Position numbers and translations under genes: made by a program. DNA of 64,000 bases from an uncultured Aquificales bacterium (GTDB lineage: Bacteria; Thermosulfidibacterota; Thermosulfidibacteria; Thermosulfidibacterales; Thermosulfidibacteraceae): positions 111,114 through 175,113 of the forward strand of contig CAZPXS010000005.1 of NCBI GenBank assembly GCA_964590075.1, read 5' to 3'. Position 1 is the first letter of the stretch, and every line of letters starts with the position of its first letter. Under the pieces are notes generated by a model. It ran no database searches and was not told the DNA's origin. It was given only the letters and a program-made list of their open reading frames with translations. Of this stretch, positions 41,046-50,044 are shown one piece after another.

Positions 41046-41555
41046 CTATTGATAATACCACATGAAGGATCTCATCCTTTTTATAAAGGGTCTGGTACAT
41101 AGTCTATCGGAACAATTTTGCCAACAGGCACATCTTGGACCTCTGAATATATAGGTCATCCTGGTTTTAATGTCTCTTATAGCCCTTGCTACTATTATTA
41201 CCTCTATCGGTTTCTCCTGTTTTAGTATCTTTGTACCTATGATCTCCAGGACATCCCCTTCCTTGATATTACAGTTTATTCTTCTATAATACCAGCTTGG
41301 CCCAAGAATAACGGTATAGATGTTATTGTCTCTCTCAACCTTTAGCATAACAGGCCCCTGTTCGGGGACAAGTATATCCACCACTTTACCCTTAATATAT
41401 AGTTCCGTATTTTCATCGTAGTCTTGAAATATGAGCTCTTCTTCAGCGTAGGCGTATCTGTCGAGTATTGAAAAATTCATGGTAACTATTATTAAGAGAA
41501 AAATTAAGAGATGGAGGAGGCCCTTATAACGGGCACTCCTCCCTTTATGGATCAA
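41046..41555 (-). CDS. Exported hypothetical protein, OB-fold-like (BOF/YgiW-like pattern), Cys-rich C-terminus
   Basis: The TTG start overlaps the upstream gene's TGA (TTGA). Signal peptide MIHKGRSARYKGLLHLLIFLLIIVT...AYA|EEE. Mature part shows alternating hydrophobic beta-strand pattern (GKVVDILVPEQGPVMLKVERDNNIYTVILGP...GDVLEIIGTKI). Tail is CACWQNCSDRLC. Confidence 0.45.
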   Translation of the reverse strand: MIHKGRSARYKGLLHLLIFLLIIVTMNFSILDRYAYAEEELIFQDYDENTELYIKGKVVDILVPEQGPVMLKVERDNNIYTVILGPSWYYRRINCNIKEGDVLEIIGTKILKQEKPIEVIIVARAIRDIKTRMTYIFRGPRCACWQNCSDRLCTRPFIKRMRSFMWYYQ

Positions 41556-42037
41556 CCGCAGCAGCACGAACAAGCAGCCCCCATCTCCATTTCTAATCTG
41601 CATGCCCCTTTGTGCCCTTTGTTAAATTTATGGCCATATCCCGGACTGAGGATATGGCCAACTACAAAGGGAGGTAGGCCGGATGAGATTGCCTTCTTCT
41701 CCAATTCAAACCTCAGTTCACTAATCTCCTTTTGCTTTTCGATTACCCTGTTCCAGTCCGGATTTTGTGTACAGGCTAAACTCCTTATTTCAGCTCTCAG
41801 CTTTATTATCCTATCAATGGTAGACTTATTCTCCTCTTTAAACTTCTCTATCCTCTGGGGTGGGGTATTAGCCAACTGCTGTTTCATATTGGGACAGTAG
41901 CAACCATAGTAATGGTAATAGTTAGTACCGTTATCCCCACTTGCCGTGGATCCCTGAGACTCCGCTTTTACTACCACTAAAGTACCTATCATTGCCGCTA
42001 CGAGAACCCCAATTCCTAATTTCTTAACCATTCCCAT
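41552..42037 (-). CDS. Periplasmic ZraP/CpxP/Spy-like (heavy-metal-resistance-family-like) protein with Cys/His-rich tail
   Basis: Signal peptide MGMVKKLGIGVLVAAMIGTLVVVKA, Tyr/His/Cys motif YYHYYGCYCP, helical K/E-rich middle, C-terminal GYGHKFNKGHKGAC...CSCCCG. GGAGGGGAG RBS. A sigma-54 promoter lies upstream. Confidence 0.5.
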   Translation of the reverse strand: MGMVKKLGIGVLVAAMIGTLVVVKAESQGSTASGDNGTNYYHYYGCYCPNMKQQLANTPPQRIEKFKEENKSTIDRIIKLRAEIRSLACTQNPDWNRVIEKQKEISELRFELEKKAISSGLPPFVVGHILSPGYGHKFNKGHKGACRLEMEMGAACSCCCG

Positions 42038-42071
42038 TCTCCCCTCCTAACGTGAAGTTTTGTTTATTATA

Positions 42072-42088
42072 AGCTAAATTTGTGCCAC
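42072..42088 (-). promoter_or_regulatory. Candidate sigma-54 (-24/-12) promoter for the ZraP-like operon
   Basis: Minus strand reads TGGCACaaattTAGCt: GG and GC at correct 10-nt spacing, TGGCAC exact, -12 element TaGC (one mismatch from TTGC). Lies about 35 nt upstream of the ATG. Confidence 0.5.
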
Positions 42089-42157
42089 AAGAATATAGAT
42101 ATTTAAATTACTGTTAAAATTAAACTTTTTATTACAAACTAGTTCGGAGAAGGTGGT

Positions 42158-42203
42158 AAATTTGCAATTTTTTCAAACTACACTATGAAAAATTTGCAAA
42201 TTT
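42158..42203. promoter_or_regulatory. Two AAATTTGCAA(A/T)TTT palindromic elements, candidate enhancer (UAS) sites for the NtrC-family regulator
   Basis: AAATTTGCAATTTT at 42158-42171 and the perfect 14-bp palindrome AAATTTGCAAATTT at 42190-42203. They sit about 70-130 bp upstream of the sigma-54 promoter. Confidence 0.35.
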
Positions 42204-44268
42204 ATGATATAAACCTTGCATCTACCACGTACATCCTTCCATCTTTTGTTATTCTGAGTGGGTTTATCTCACCTTCCTTGAGTATGTCTATGGCTATGGG
42301 TATGTGGGAGAATACACTAACGAGTTTGGCAAGACTCTCAATATCGACCTTAACACCCCCTCTTATTCCTGTTAGGATCTTGTAAGATTTTATGGACTTT
42401 ATCATATCTATGGCCTCTTCGACACTTGTAGGAGATACGCTGAAACTTACATCCTTTAAAACCTCAACGAAGATACCACCGAGACCGAACATGGTCATAG
42501 GTCCAAAGGTATCATCCTTACTAAAACCTATTATAATGTCTATGCCATCTCCCACCATCTCTTCTATAACATATCCCTCTGGCTCCCTTCCGAGTTTTTT
42601 CCTAACCCTATCTCCCATACCATCGATTTCCCTTAATAACTCCTCGGTTGATCTTATACCTACCACTACACCCCCTATATCCGACTTATGTAGTATCTCA
42701 GGATCATACACTTTAAGAACAAGTGGGAAGCCTATCTCTAAACTCGCCCTTTCAGCCTCATCTTTACTTCTTACCAGTATCGCCTTGGCTACAGGAAATC
42801 CTATTTTCTCCAGTATCTTTAAAGAGTCAAATTCGGGGTAACTTCTCCCCGGCTGGATATCCTCAATGAGACTAGATCTAATTTTCTCCACCAATTCTAC
42901 ATCTTCCCTTATGCTATAGTGCTTTTCCTTTAAGTACCTATTTATGGTGTCTAAGGCCTTGATTCCGCGTTCCGGAAAGGGAAAGTTAGGTATTCCATTT
43001 TCTCTCAGTATTCTTGTGCCCTCCGATACCCTTGCTCTACCTATAAAGCTGGCTATTATAGGTTTCCTTCCTTTGTGTTTTACTATCGATTTTGCTACAT
43101 CAGGGATATCTGTCATCAACTGTGGTGTTAAAATAACGAGTATTGCGTCAACATTCTCATCATCTAAAAGTGCTTCAATGGCCCACTCGTATCTTTTGTG
43201 ATCCGCGTCTCCTATCACATCAACGGGATTGTAGAAGTTAGCCATGGGAGGAAGCTTTTCCTTAAGTCTTTCTATGGTCTTCTTCGATAGTTCCGCAAGT
43301 TTCAACGTGGAGGATTCTATGGCATCTGAGGCTATTATACCTGGACCTCCTGCATTTGTAACTATGCCTATTCTTTCAACCGGTTTTACCTCTACGCTCG
43401 AGATCAGTCTTGCAATATCGAAGAGTTCTTCAAGGGTGTTTACCCTCAGGATACCAGCTTTCTTAAAGGCAGCATCGTAAGCCGTATCACTACCTGTAAT
43501 TGATCCTGTGTGACTACTTGCCGCTTTCTTACCCGAAGCCGTCCTTCCTACCTTTATCGCAACAATCGGTTTTTTGAGGGAAGCCTTGGATGCAGCTTCA
43601 ATAAACCTTCTGCCATCCTTTAATCCCTCTATATACATCAGTATTATCTCCGTTTCCGGATCATCGGCGAGAAACTCTATAAATTCTGTTGCCGTAAGAT
43701 CAGCCTGGTTACCCAGACTAACTACCTTTGAAAACCCTACCCTTTCGTCCAGGGCCCAATCAAAGAATGCACTCAGAACAGCTCCTGATTGCGATATAAC
43801 TCCTACGGGTCCCTTAGGGGGAAATACCCTTGCAAAGGTCGCGTTGAGGTTTGAGTGTGTATCCATCACACCTAGGCAATTGGGACCAACGAGTCTTATA
43901 CCGTATTTCCTTGCGGTACTTAAAAGTTCATCCTGTAGTCTTTTACCTTCCTCTGTTTCACCAAAACCCGCACTTATTACCACTACCGCCTTTGTCCCTA
44001 TTCTACCAAGTTTATCAAGCGCATCTATACAGGCTTTCGGGGGAATCACTAAAATGGCTAAATCTGGAGCCTCAGGAAGCCTATCCATATCGGGATAGCA
44101 TTCAAAACCCATCACATCTGTATAATTTGGGTTTACACAATATACCTTTCCTTTATAATTAGCATCCTTTATATTTTTTACTATAGAGTATCCAACCTTT
44201 GTTGGATTTAGAGTTGCTCCAACTATCGCTAAGCTTTTTGGCTTAAAGAATTTTTCGATATCCTTCAT
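42202..44268 (-). CDS. Acetyl-CoA synthetase (ADP-forming), fused alpha/beta (NDP-forming acyl-CoA synthetase family)
   Basis: N-terminal CoA-binding plus succinyl-CoA-synthetase-like domains (SLAIVGAT...; catalytic His region SHTGSITG), C-terminal ATP-grasp. ATG at 44268 with TGGAGGT RBS. Confidence 0.75.
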   Translation of the reverse strand: MKDIEKFFKPKSLAIVGATLNPTKVGYSIVKNIKDANYKGKVYCVNPNYTDVMGFECYPDMDRLPEAPDLAILVIPPKACIDALDKLGRIGTKAVVVISAGFGETEEGKRLQDELLSTARKYGIRLVGPNCLGVMDTHSNLNATFARVFPPKGPVGVISQSGAVLSAFFDWALDERVGFSKVVSLGNQADLTATEFIEFLADDPETEIILMYIEGLKDGRRFIEAASKASLKKPIVAIKVGRTASGKKAASSHTGSITGSDTAYDAAFKKAGILRVNTLEELFDIARLISSVEVKPVERIGIVTNAGGPGIIASDAIESSTLKLAELSKKTIERLKEKLPPMANFYNPVDVIGDADHKRYEWAIEALLDDENVDAILVILTPQLMTDIPDVAKSIVKHKGRKPIIASFIGRARVSEGTRILRENGIPNFPFPERGIKALDTINRYLKEKHYSIREDVELVEKIRSSLIEDIQPGRSYPEFDSLKILEKIGFPVAKAILVRSKDEAERASLEIGFPLVLKVYDPEILHKSDIGGVVVGIRSTEELLREIDGMGDRVRKKLGREPEGYVIEEMVGDGIDIIIGFSKDDTFGPMTMFGLGGIFVEVLKDVSFSVSPTSVEEAIDMIKSIKSYKILTGIRGGVKVDIESLAKLVSVFSHIPIAIDILKEGEINPLRITKDGRMYVVDARFIS

Positions 44269-44318
44269 TTTGTACCTCCATTTAGTTTTTTTATTTATTA
44301 AATAATCTTCCATGAGAG

Positions 44319-44347
44319 TTGTCAAAGAATGCTTGTTCAGTTATAAT
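44319..44347 (+). promoter_or_regulatory. Sigma-70-type promoter for cinA
   Basis: TTGTCA, 17-nt spacer, TATAAT (44342-44347). The ATG at 44357 is only about 10 nt after the -10, suggesting a leaderless or near-leaderless transcript. The same hexamer reads TTGACA on the minus strand, giving the divergent acs promoter. Confidence 0.4.
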
Positions 44348-44356
44348 GGAAAAACC

Positions 44357-45577
44357 ATGGTTAGATTTGCGGTATGTGCGATAGGTAGTGAGATATTGGA
44401 TGGTATAGTAGAGGAGAGAAACTCAAGGAGAATTGCTGATTTTCTATCAGCTTATGGTTGTAATTTTTTCGAGAAGGTAGAGGTTAGGGATGATATTGAC
44501 TCTATAGTTGCGGTTTTTGAGTTATTGTCTGGATTTGTGGATCTTATCGTCACAACAGGGGGATTGGGTCCTACAGAGGATGATCTTACGAGAGAGGCTA
44601 TAGCTAAATTCTACGGCATTCCACTTAGGTTTGATGAATCTCTCTGGAATGTGATAGTTGGAAAGATAAGGGAGAGAGGTAGGGAACCTAAGGAGAGCCA
44701 TAGGAGAATGGCCTATGTCCCAGAAGGAGCCATCCTTATTGACAATCCATGGGGACTTGCATGTGGGATAGTGGTAAAGGGAAAGCCGATTCTGGTAGCT
44801 TTGCCTGGTGTTCCGAGAGAGCTTGAAGCCATGTTGGAGAAGGTACCAATGATACTTGGTTTTGAAAGGACAGATTATCTCGTAAAGACGGTTAAGATAA
44901 TAGGTATGAGGGAATCGGAGGTCAATGAGATTGCTAGAGACATTCTAAAGCCCTTTGCGATAAAGTGGGGTACCGTTATAAAGGAACCCGAGGTATGGAT
45001 AAGACTCGAGGGGAAAGGCGGGATAATTAGGGTTGTAACAGATACCCTAAGAAAAGCCTTTGGTATTAATTTATACGGTGAGGATGGCGATACTATTGAA
45101 GCTGTGGTAGGTAGGCTTTTAGTGGAGAATGGTTTGAGCATTGCTACCTGTGAGTCTGCTACGGGTGGATTGGTCGCTAGTTTGATAACAGATGTATCTG
45201 GTTCGTCAAACTACTTTAAGGGTTCGATAGTAGCTTACACTGAGGAAGCAAAGATAAAGGTAGCAGGTGTTCCTGAAAGTATTATAGAAAAATACACGGT
45301 TTATAGTCACGAGGTCGCAAGGCTTATGGCGAAAAGGGTAAGGGAGATATTTGGTGCGGATATAGGTGTCTCGACCACTGGTATAGCCGGTCCAACAGGC
45401 GGTGACGATTTAAATCCTGTAGGGAGAATCTACATAGGTCTATCTACAGCCCATAGCTTGGATAGCTATTCCTTTGACTTTCATTACGATCGGGTGAAAA
45501 ATAAAGTAGCCTTCGCGAAAACTGCCCTTGATATTGTAAGGAGGGGCATTATTGCCAAGGGTATTTGTGGCGATTGA
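44357..45577 (+). CDS. cinA: Competence/damage-inducible protein CinA (MocF-like domain plus C-terminal NMN deamidase domain)
   Basis: MVRFAVCAIGSEILDG N-terminus and GGLGPTEDDLT motif. C-terminal CinA domain (ATCESATGG). Confidence 0.75.
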   Translation: MVRFAVCAIGSEILDGIVEERNSRRIADFLSAYGCNFFEKVEVRDDIDSIVAVFELLSGFVDLIVTTGGLGPTEDDLTREAIAKFYGIPLRFDESLWNVIVGKIRERGREPKESHRRMAYVPEGAILIDNPWGLACGIVVKGKPILVALPGVPRELEAMLEKVPMILGFERTDYLVKTVKIIGMRESEVNEIARDILKPFAIKWGTVIKEPEVWIRLEGKGGIIRVVTDTLRKAFGINLYGEDGDTIEAVVGRLLVENGLSIATCESATGGLVASLITDVSGSSNYFKGSIVAYTEEAKIKVAGVPESIIEKYTVYSHEVARLMAKRVREIFGADIGVSTTGIAGPTGGDDLNPVGRIYIGLSTAHSLDSYSFDFHYDRVKNKVAFAKTALDIVRRGIIAKGICGD

Positions 45578-46112
45578 TGTACCCGATGATATAAAGAGAC
45601 TAATCTATAGGGATATCGAAAGGATGAAGGATCACGGTGTTAGGGCATCCTTCCCTAAAAGGGAGGCTTTACATCTGACTATAAAGTTTCTGGGCGATGT
45701 CGCTATAGATAGGATTGGTAGAATAGTGGATTCACTCAAGGATGTGGCAGTGAGAGTTAAAGGTTTTGAGCTAACGGTAAAAAATAGGGGGGTATTCCCG
45801 AATTCTACAAGGCCCAGGGTTGTTTGGGTAGGTGTAGATGGTTCTCCGAGTCTTGAAAAGTTGAAGAATTTGGTTGACGATACTCTAGAGAAACTCGGTT
45901 TTAGTAGGGAGGATAGAGAATTCAAACCTCACGTAACTATAGCGAGGATAAAGTGGCTTGACGAGGCAGGAAGAAGTTTTATAAAAGGGTTGATAAGCGA
46001 AGAGGTCCTATACGGAACCTTTAGGGTTGAGAAGATTGTTTTATATGAGAGTATACTAAAACCGGATGGGGCGGTTTATAGAGTTATAGAAGAATTTCAT
46101 CTGGGGGTATAG
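45552..46112 (+). CDS. thpR: RNA 2',3'-cyclic phosphodiesterase (ThpR/LigT, 2H family)
   Basis: Two HxT/S motifs (HLTIKFLG; HVTIARI). Start (TTG) overlaps the cinA stop. Confidence 0.75.
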   Translation: MPRVFVAIDVPDDIKRLIYRDIERMKDHGVRASFPKREALHLTIKFLGDVAIDRIGRIVDSLKDVAVRVKGFELTVKNRGVFPNSTRPRVVWVGVDGSPSLEKLKNLVDDTLEKLGFSREDREFKPHVTIARIKWLDEAGRSFIKGLISEEVLYGTFRVEKIVLYESILKPDGAVYRVIEEFHLGV

Positions 46113-46113
46113 G

Positions 46114-46290
46114 ATGGCGAAGGAAGATAAGGTAAGGGAGGAGTTATATAAGATAGATGAGGAGTTGGAGTATCTTTTTAAGAGATTCGAGGAGTTACTT
46201 GAAAAGAGAAGAAAGATTTTAGAGAAGGCAAAGAGTGAAGGGACAAAAAGTAGTGAAAAGAAGATAAAGATGGAAAAGTATAGGACATGA
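46114..46290 (+). CDS. Small charged coiled-coil protein (58 aa), hypothetical
   Basis: ATG lies 1 nt after the thpR stop. Its stop overlaps the dgt ATG (ATGA). K/E-rich helical sequence. Below the ORF-track size cut-off. Confidence 0.3.
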   Translation: MAKEDKVREELYKIDEELEYLFKRFEELLEKRRKILEKAKSEGTKSSEKKIKMEKYRT

Positions 46291-47327
46291 GAGAACTGGA
46301 AGTTAAAAAAAACTATCTGGAGTATGAGGAAAGATTCTTACATAAGAAGGCTACTAAAAGTGGTTCTACAAGGGGAAGGTTAAGGGAAGAAGATCCCTGC
46401 CCAATAAGGACGGAGTTTCAGAGGGATAGGGATAGAATCATTCATTCTAAGTCCTTTAGAAGACTTAAACACAAGACTCAAGTTTTTATAGCCCCCGGCG
46501 GTGATCACTATAGGACGAGGCTCACCCATACTCTTGAGGTTGCGCAGATAGCCAGGACAATAGCGAGGGCCCTGAGGTTGAACGAAGATTTAGTTGAAGC
46601 TATCAGTCTTGGTCACGATCTAGGGCATACCCCCTTTGGTCATGCTGGTGAGAAGGTTTTAAACGAGCTATTGAGGGATGGTTTCCATCATGCAAGACAG
46701 AGTCTAAGGGTTGTGGATTATCTTGAAAGGGATGGTATGGGATTGAATCTCACAACTGAGGTGAGGGACGGTATTTTAAATCATTCCAAGGGTTTTGGTC
46801 CTATACTACCCGATCCTAACAATAGACCCCTTACGCTCGAGGCGGAGGTTGTAAGAATATCCGATGTTATAGCCTATGTTAATCATGATCTCGATGATGC
46901 CTTAAGGGCAGGATTGATTAGCGAGTCCGAGATACCTCCCATAGTCTTTAGAGTTTTAGGTAAGACTCATTCCGAAAGAATAAATACCCTTGTGACTTCG
47001 GTTATAAAAAGAACGATTGAGATCGATTACGATCATATAGCTATCGATGAGGATATACTCAATGCTCTTGAAGAGTTGAGAAGATTTTTGGCTTTGAGGG
47101 TTTATAATCATCCCTTTGTTGTCAGGGAAGTGGAAAAATCTGAAAAGATAATAAGAGATCTCTTTTACCTATTTCTTGAGAACGAGGAACTAATAAAGAC
47201 TAAGTGGTTTAACTCTAACGATCCACCTGAGATAAGGGTAGCAGACTATATCTCTGGAATGACGGATAGATACGCTTTAAAGTTATACAGCGATTATTTT
47301 ATACCTAGTGGATGGGGGAAGATATGA
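46287..47327 (+). CDS. dgt: dGTP triphosphohydrolase-like HD-domain protein
   Basis: HD motif ([10 protein letters not shown] ... [14 protein letters not shown]) and an N-terminus typical of the Dgt family. Confidence 0.8.
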   Translation: MRELEVKKNYLEYEERFLHKKATKSGSTRGRLREEDPCPIRTEFQRDRDRIIHSKSFRRLKHKTQVFIAPGGDHYRTRLTHTLEVAQIARTIARALRLNEDLVEAISLGHDLGHTPFGHAGEKVLNELLRDGFHHARQSLRVVDYLERDGMGLNLTTEVRDGILNHSKGFGPILPDPNNRPLTLEAEVVRISDVIAYVNHDLDDALRAGLISESEIPPIVFRVLGKTHSERINTLVTSVIKRTIEIDYDHIAIDEDILNALEELRRFLALRVYNHPFVVREVEKSEKIIRDLFYLFLENEELIKTKWFNSNDPPEIRVADYISGMTDRYALKLYSDYFIPSGWGKI

Positions 47328-48604
47328 GGGAGAAAAGTAGATTACTCTTTGAAAAGGCCAAAAAACTTATGCCTGGTGGTGTTAACAGTCCCGTGAGGTC
47401 TTTTATAAGTGTAGGGGGTGATCCCTTTGTAGTCTCAAGGGCTAAAGGTTCTAGGATATACGATGTAGATGGGAATAGCTATATAGATTACGTTATGAGC
47501 TGGGGGCCACTAATTCTTGGTCATGCTCACGATGAGGTGGTAGGTTATATACGTGAAGTGGTCGGTAACGGTACATCCTATGGAATTACGTGTGAACTGG
47601 AAATAATGATGGCGGAAAAGGTGGTATCTGCCATAAGAAGCTTGGAAAGGGTGAGATTTGTGAACTCTGGTACCGAAGCTGTAATGAGTGCTATAAGACT
47701 CGCAAGAGCCTATACGGGAAGGAAGAAGATAGTTAAGTTTGAGGGTTGTTACCATGGACATGCCGATGCGCTTCTCGTTAAGGCAGGTAGTGGTGTACTT
47801 ACACTTGGTATTCCAGGAACACCTGGTATTCCCGAGGAGGTTGTTAGTAACACTATAGTAACTAAATACAACGATATCGAAGCCATAAGAGATGTTTTTG
47901 AGAGATACGGAGATGATATAGCCTGTGTTATAATTGAACCTGTGGTTGGAAATAGCGGAGTTATAATTCCTAAGAAAGGATTCCTCGAAGAGTTGAGAGA
48001 TTTAACTAAAAAGTACGGTGCCCTATTGATCTTTGATGAGGTTATAACCGGTTTTAGGCTTTCATACGGTGGTGCCCAGGAGTACTTCGATATAGATCCC
48101 GATATAACCTGTCTTGGTAAGATAATAGGGGGTGGATTACCCGTAGGGGCCTACGGTGGTAGAGCTGAAATAATGGATATGGTAGCACCGAGTGGCCCAG
48201 TCTATCAGGCAGGTACCTTATCGGGCAATCCCATAGCTATGGCCGCAGGATTAAAGACAATCGAGATACTGGAGAGAGATAATCCGTATGGAAGTCTTGA
48301 GGAAAAGACAAGGTATCTTGCTACCGAGATATCTAAGATCTTTGAGGAGAGGGGGATACCGGTTACAATAAACTACATAGCCTCTATGATTTCGGTGTTC
48401 TTCAAAGAGCCTCCCGTCGAATCCTTCGATGATGCCGTAAAATCGGATACTAAGCTTTACAGTGAGTTCTTCAGGAAACTTCTGGATAACGGTGTCTATC
48501 TACCTCCAAGCCAGTTTGAAGCCTGGTTTTTATCCACTGCCCATAGTAGGGAGGATCTGGATAGAACAATCGAAGCCATAAGAAAGGTTGTGAAGGAGAT
48601 TTAG
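47324..48604 (+). CDS. hemL: Glutamate-1-semialdehyde 2,1-aminomutase
   Basis: [10 protein letters not shown] motif and PLP lysine region ([17 protein letters not shown]). An alternative ATG at 47312 is possible. Confidence 0.9.
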   Translation: MREKSRLLFEKAKKLMPGGVNSPVRSFISVGGDPFVVSRAKGSRIYDVDGNSYIDYVMSWGPLILGHAHDEVVGYIREVVGNGTSYGITCELEIMMAEKVVSAIRSLERVRFVNSGTEAVMSAIRLARAYTGRKKIVKFEGCYHGHADALLVKAGSGVLTLGIPGTPGIPEEVVSNTIVTKYNDIEAIRDVFERYGDDIACVIIEPVVGNSGVIIPKKGFLEELRDLTKKYGALLIFDEVITGFRLSYGGAQEYFDIDPDITCLGKIIGGGLPVGAYGGRAEIMDMVAPSGPVYQAGTLSGNPIAMAAGLKTIEILERDNPYGSLEEKTRYLATEISKIFEERGIPVTINYIASMISVFFKEPPVESFDDAVKSDTKLYSEFFRKLLDNGVYLPPSQFEAWFLSTAHSREDLDRTIEAIRKVVKEI

Positions 48605-48613
48605 AGGTGGGTC

Positions 48614-49378
48614 ATGGCAAAGGTCATTATACCGGCACTGATCTTTATATTTATGTTTCTTATAATACTATCCAACTTGATAATTGTTGTACCTGAGTAT
48701 GAAAGAGCGGTTGTCTTTAGGCTGGGTAGATATATAGCTACAAAAGGTCCAGGTTTAGTCCTACTAATCCCCTTTATAGACAGGGCAGTTAGGGTGAGTC
48801 TAAGGACCGTTGTTATGGATGTTCCTCCCCAGGACGTGATTACCAGGGATAATGTATCTGTGAAGGTGAATGCAGTTGTCTATTTCAGGGTGGTTTTGCC
48901 TGAAAAGGCTGTGCTTGAAGTTGAAGATTATATGTTCGCAACCAGTCAGCTTGCCCAAACAACTTTAAGAAGTGTCCTTGGAGAGGTTGAACTCGATGAG
49001 CTCTTAGCCCATAGGGATAAGATAAACTCAAGATTACAGAACATCCTCGATGAACATACCGATCCCTGGGGAATAAAGGTTACCACTGTTGAGGTAAAGC
49101 ATGTGGACCTACCTCAGGAGATGCAAAGAGCGATGGCAAAGCAGGCGGAGGCTGAGAGGGAAAGGAGGGCAAAAATCATATCAGCGGAAGGTGAATATCA
49201 GGCTGCAACTAAGATAGCGGAGGCTGCTGAGATAATAAAGAAAAACCCAGTTGCATTACAACTCAGGTTCTTGCAAACTATGGTTGAAGTGGCTTCGGAA
49301 AAGAACTCTTCCATTATTATTCCCATACCGATCGAACTAATAAAACCCTTTATCGAAAAGGATGAAAATAAAAGTTAG
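48614..49378 (+). CDS. SPFH/band-7 (stomatin-like) membrane protein
   Basis: N-terminal TM segment, SPFH domain ([15 protein letters not shown] ... [18 protein letters not shown]), and coiled-coil tail. Confidence 0.8.
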   Translation: MAKVIIPALIFIFMFLIILSNLIIVVPEYERAVVFRLGRYIATKGPGLVLLIPFIDRAVRVSLRTVVMDVPPQDVITRDNVSVKVNAVVYFRVVLPEKAVLEVEDYMFATSQLAQTTLRSVLGEVELDELLAHRDKINSRLQNILDEHTDPWGIKVTTVEVKHVDLPQEMQRAMAKQAEAERERRAKIISAEGEYQAATKIAEAAEIIKKNPVALQLRFLQTMVEVASEKNSSIIIPIPIELIKPFIEKDENKS

Positions 49379-49386
49379 CGGAACGG

Positions 49387-49415
49387 TTGACATTACATTC
49401 ACTTACTGGTAAATA
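49387..49415 (+). promoter_or_regulatory. Candidate promoter of the atpZ-atpI-atpB-atpE operon
   Basis: TTGACA, 17-nt spacer, TAAATA. The atpZ ATG at 49423 is only 8 nt beyond. Confidence 0.35.
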
Positions 49416-49422
49416 GGAAGCC

Positions 49423-49690
49423 ATGAAAAAGATACTCGAGGACATAAGGAAGGAAGGTAAACTAATAAAAATTATAACAAGATTAAGTGCTATTGGACTT
49501 GAGCTTGTCTTTTCCATAATGATAGGTTTAGGAGCTGGGATAGTTTTCGATAATATTTTTAAAACGAGGCCGTGGGGCTTACTCGCTTTTTTGTAATGGG
49601 CATAATTGCTGGATTTAGAACCATGTTTAAAGAAGTCAAAAAGGGATTGAGGGACTTAGAGAGGAATGAGAAGGGAAGAGGAGATAGTTA
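49423..49690 (+). pseudogene. atpZ: atpZ-like (F-ATPase gene-1/AtpR family) small membrane protein interrupted by a +1 frameshift in a T6 run
   Basis: Frame 1 gives MKKILEDIRKEGKLIKIITRLSAIGLELVFSIMIGLGAGIVFDNIFKTRPWGLLAFL, with a stop at 49594. The family-typical continuation FFVMGIIAGFRTMFKEVKKGL... is in the +1 frame after the run cttttttg at 49585-49592. Confidence 0.45.
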
Positions 49691-49695
49691 AAGGA

Positions 49696-50028
49696 ATGTT
49701 GAAAAAAGGCCTTTTATTGTGCCTTTTTTTGAGTCTGTTGATGGTTATAATAGCGGGGAAGTCTCCTTCTACATTAGGTCTAATTATTGGGATGTTTATG
49801 GCGTACCTCGATTTTTTAAGTATAGTGATTTTTGTCAAAGCCATTCTTAGGGATAATAGCAAATCGTTTTTTCTTGTGTTACAAGTATTGAAGTATATGA
49901 TCATTACTATTATAGTTGCAAATATGTTTATTAAAGCTATAGTTGATCCGTTATATTTTGTTTTGGGATTGCTATTTTTGCCTGTAATTCCTTTTTTAGA
50001 AGTTAAAAAACTAGTTACAAAATATTGA
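49696..50028 (+). CDS. atpI: ATP synthase protein I-like (AtpI) small membrane protein
   Basis: About 110 aa with four hydrophobic helices, positioned immediately upstream of atpB. The ORF track extends it to 49666. Confidence 0.45.
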   Translation: MLKKGLLLCLFLSLLMVIIAGKSPSTLGLIIGMFMAYLDFLSIVIFVKAILRDNSKSFFLVLQVLKYMIITIIVANMFIKAIVDPLYFVLGLLFLPVIPFLEVKKLVTKY

Positions 50029-50044
50029 TGGGAGGGAAGAGAGG

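Noticed and set aside
41511-41900. 129-aa plus-strand ORF overlapping the ZraP-like gene
   Set aside because: It is antisense to a gene with signal peptide, RBS and sigma-54 promoter. It has no RBS, and its hydrophobic translation mirrors the sense-strand composition.
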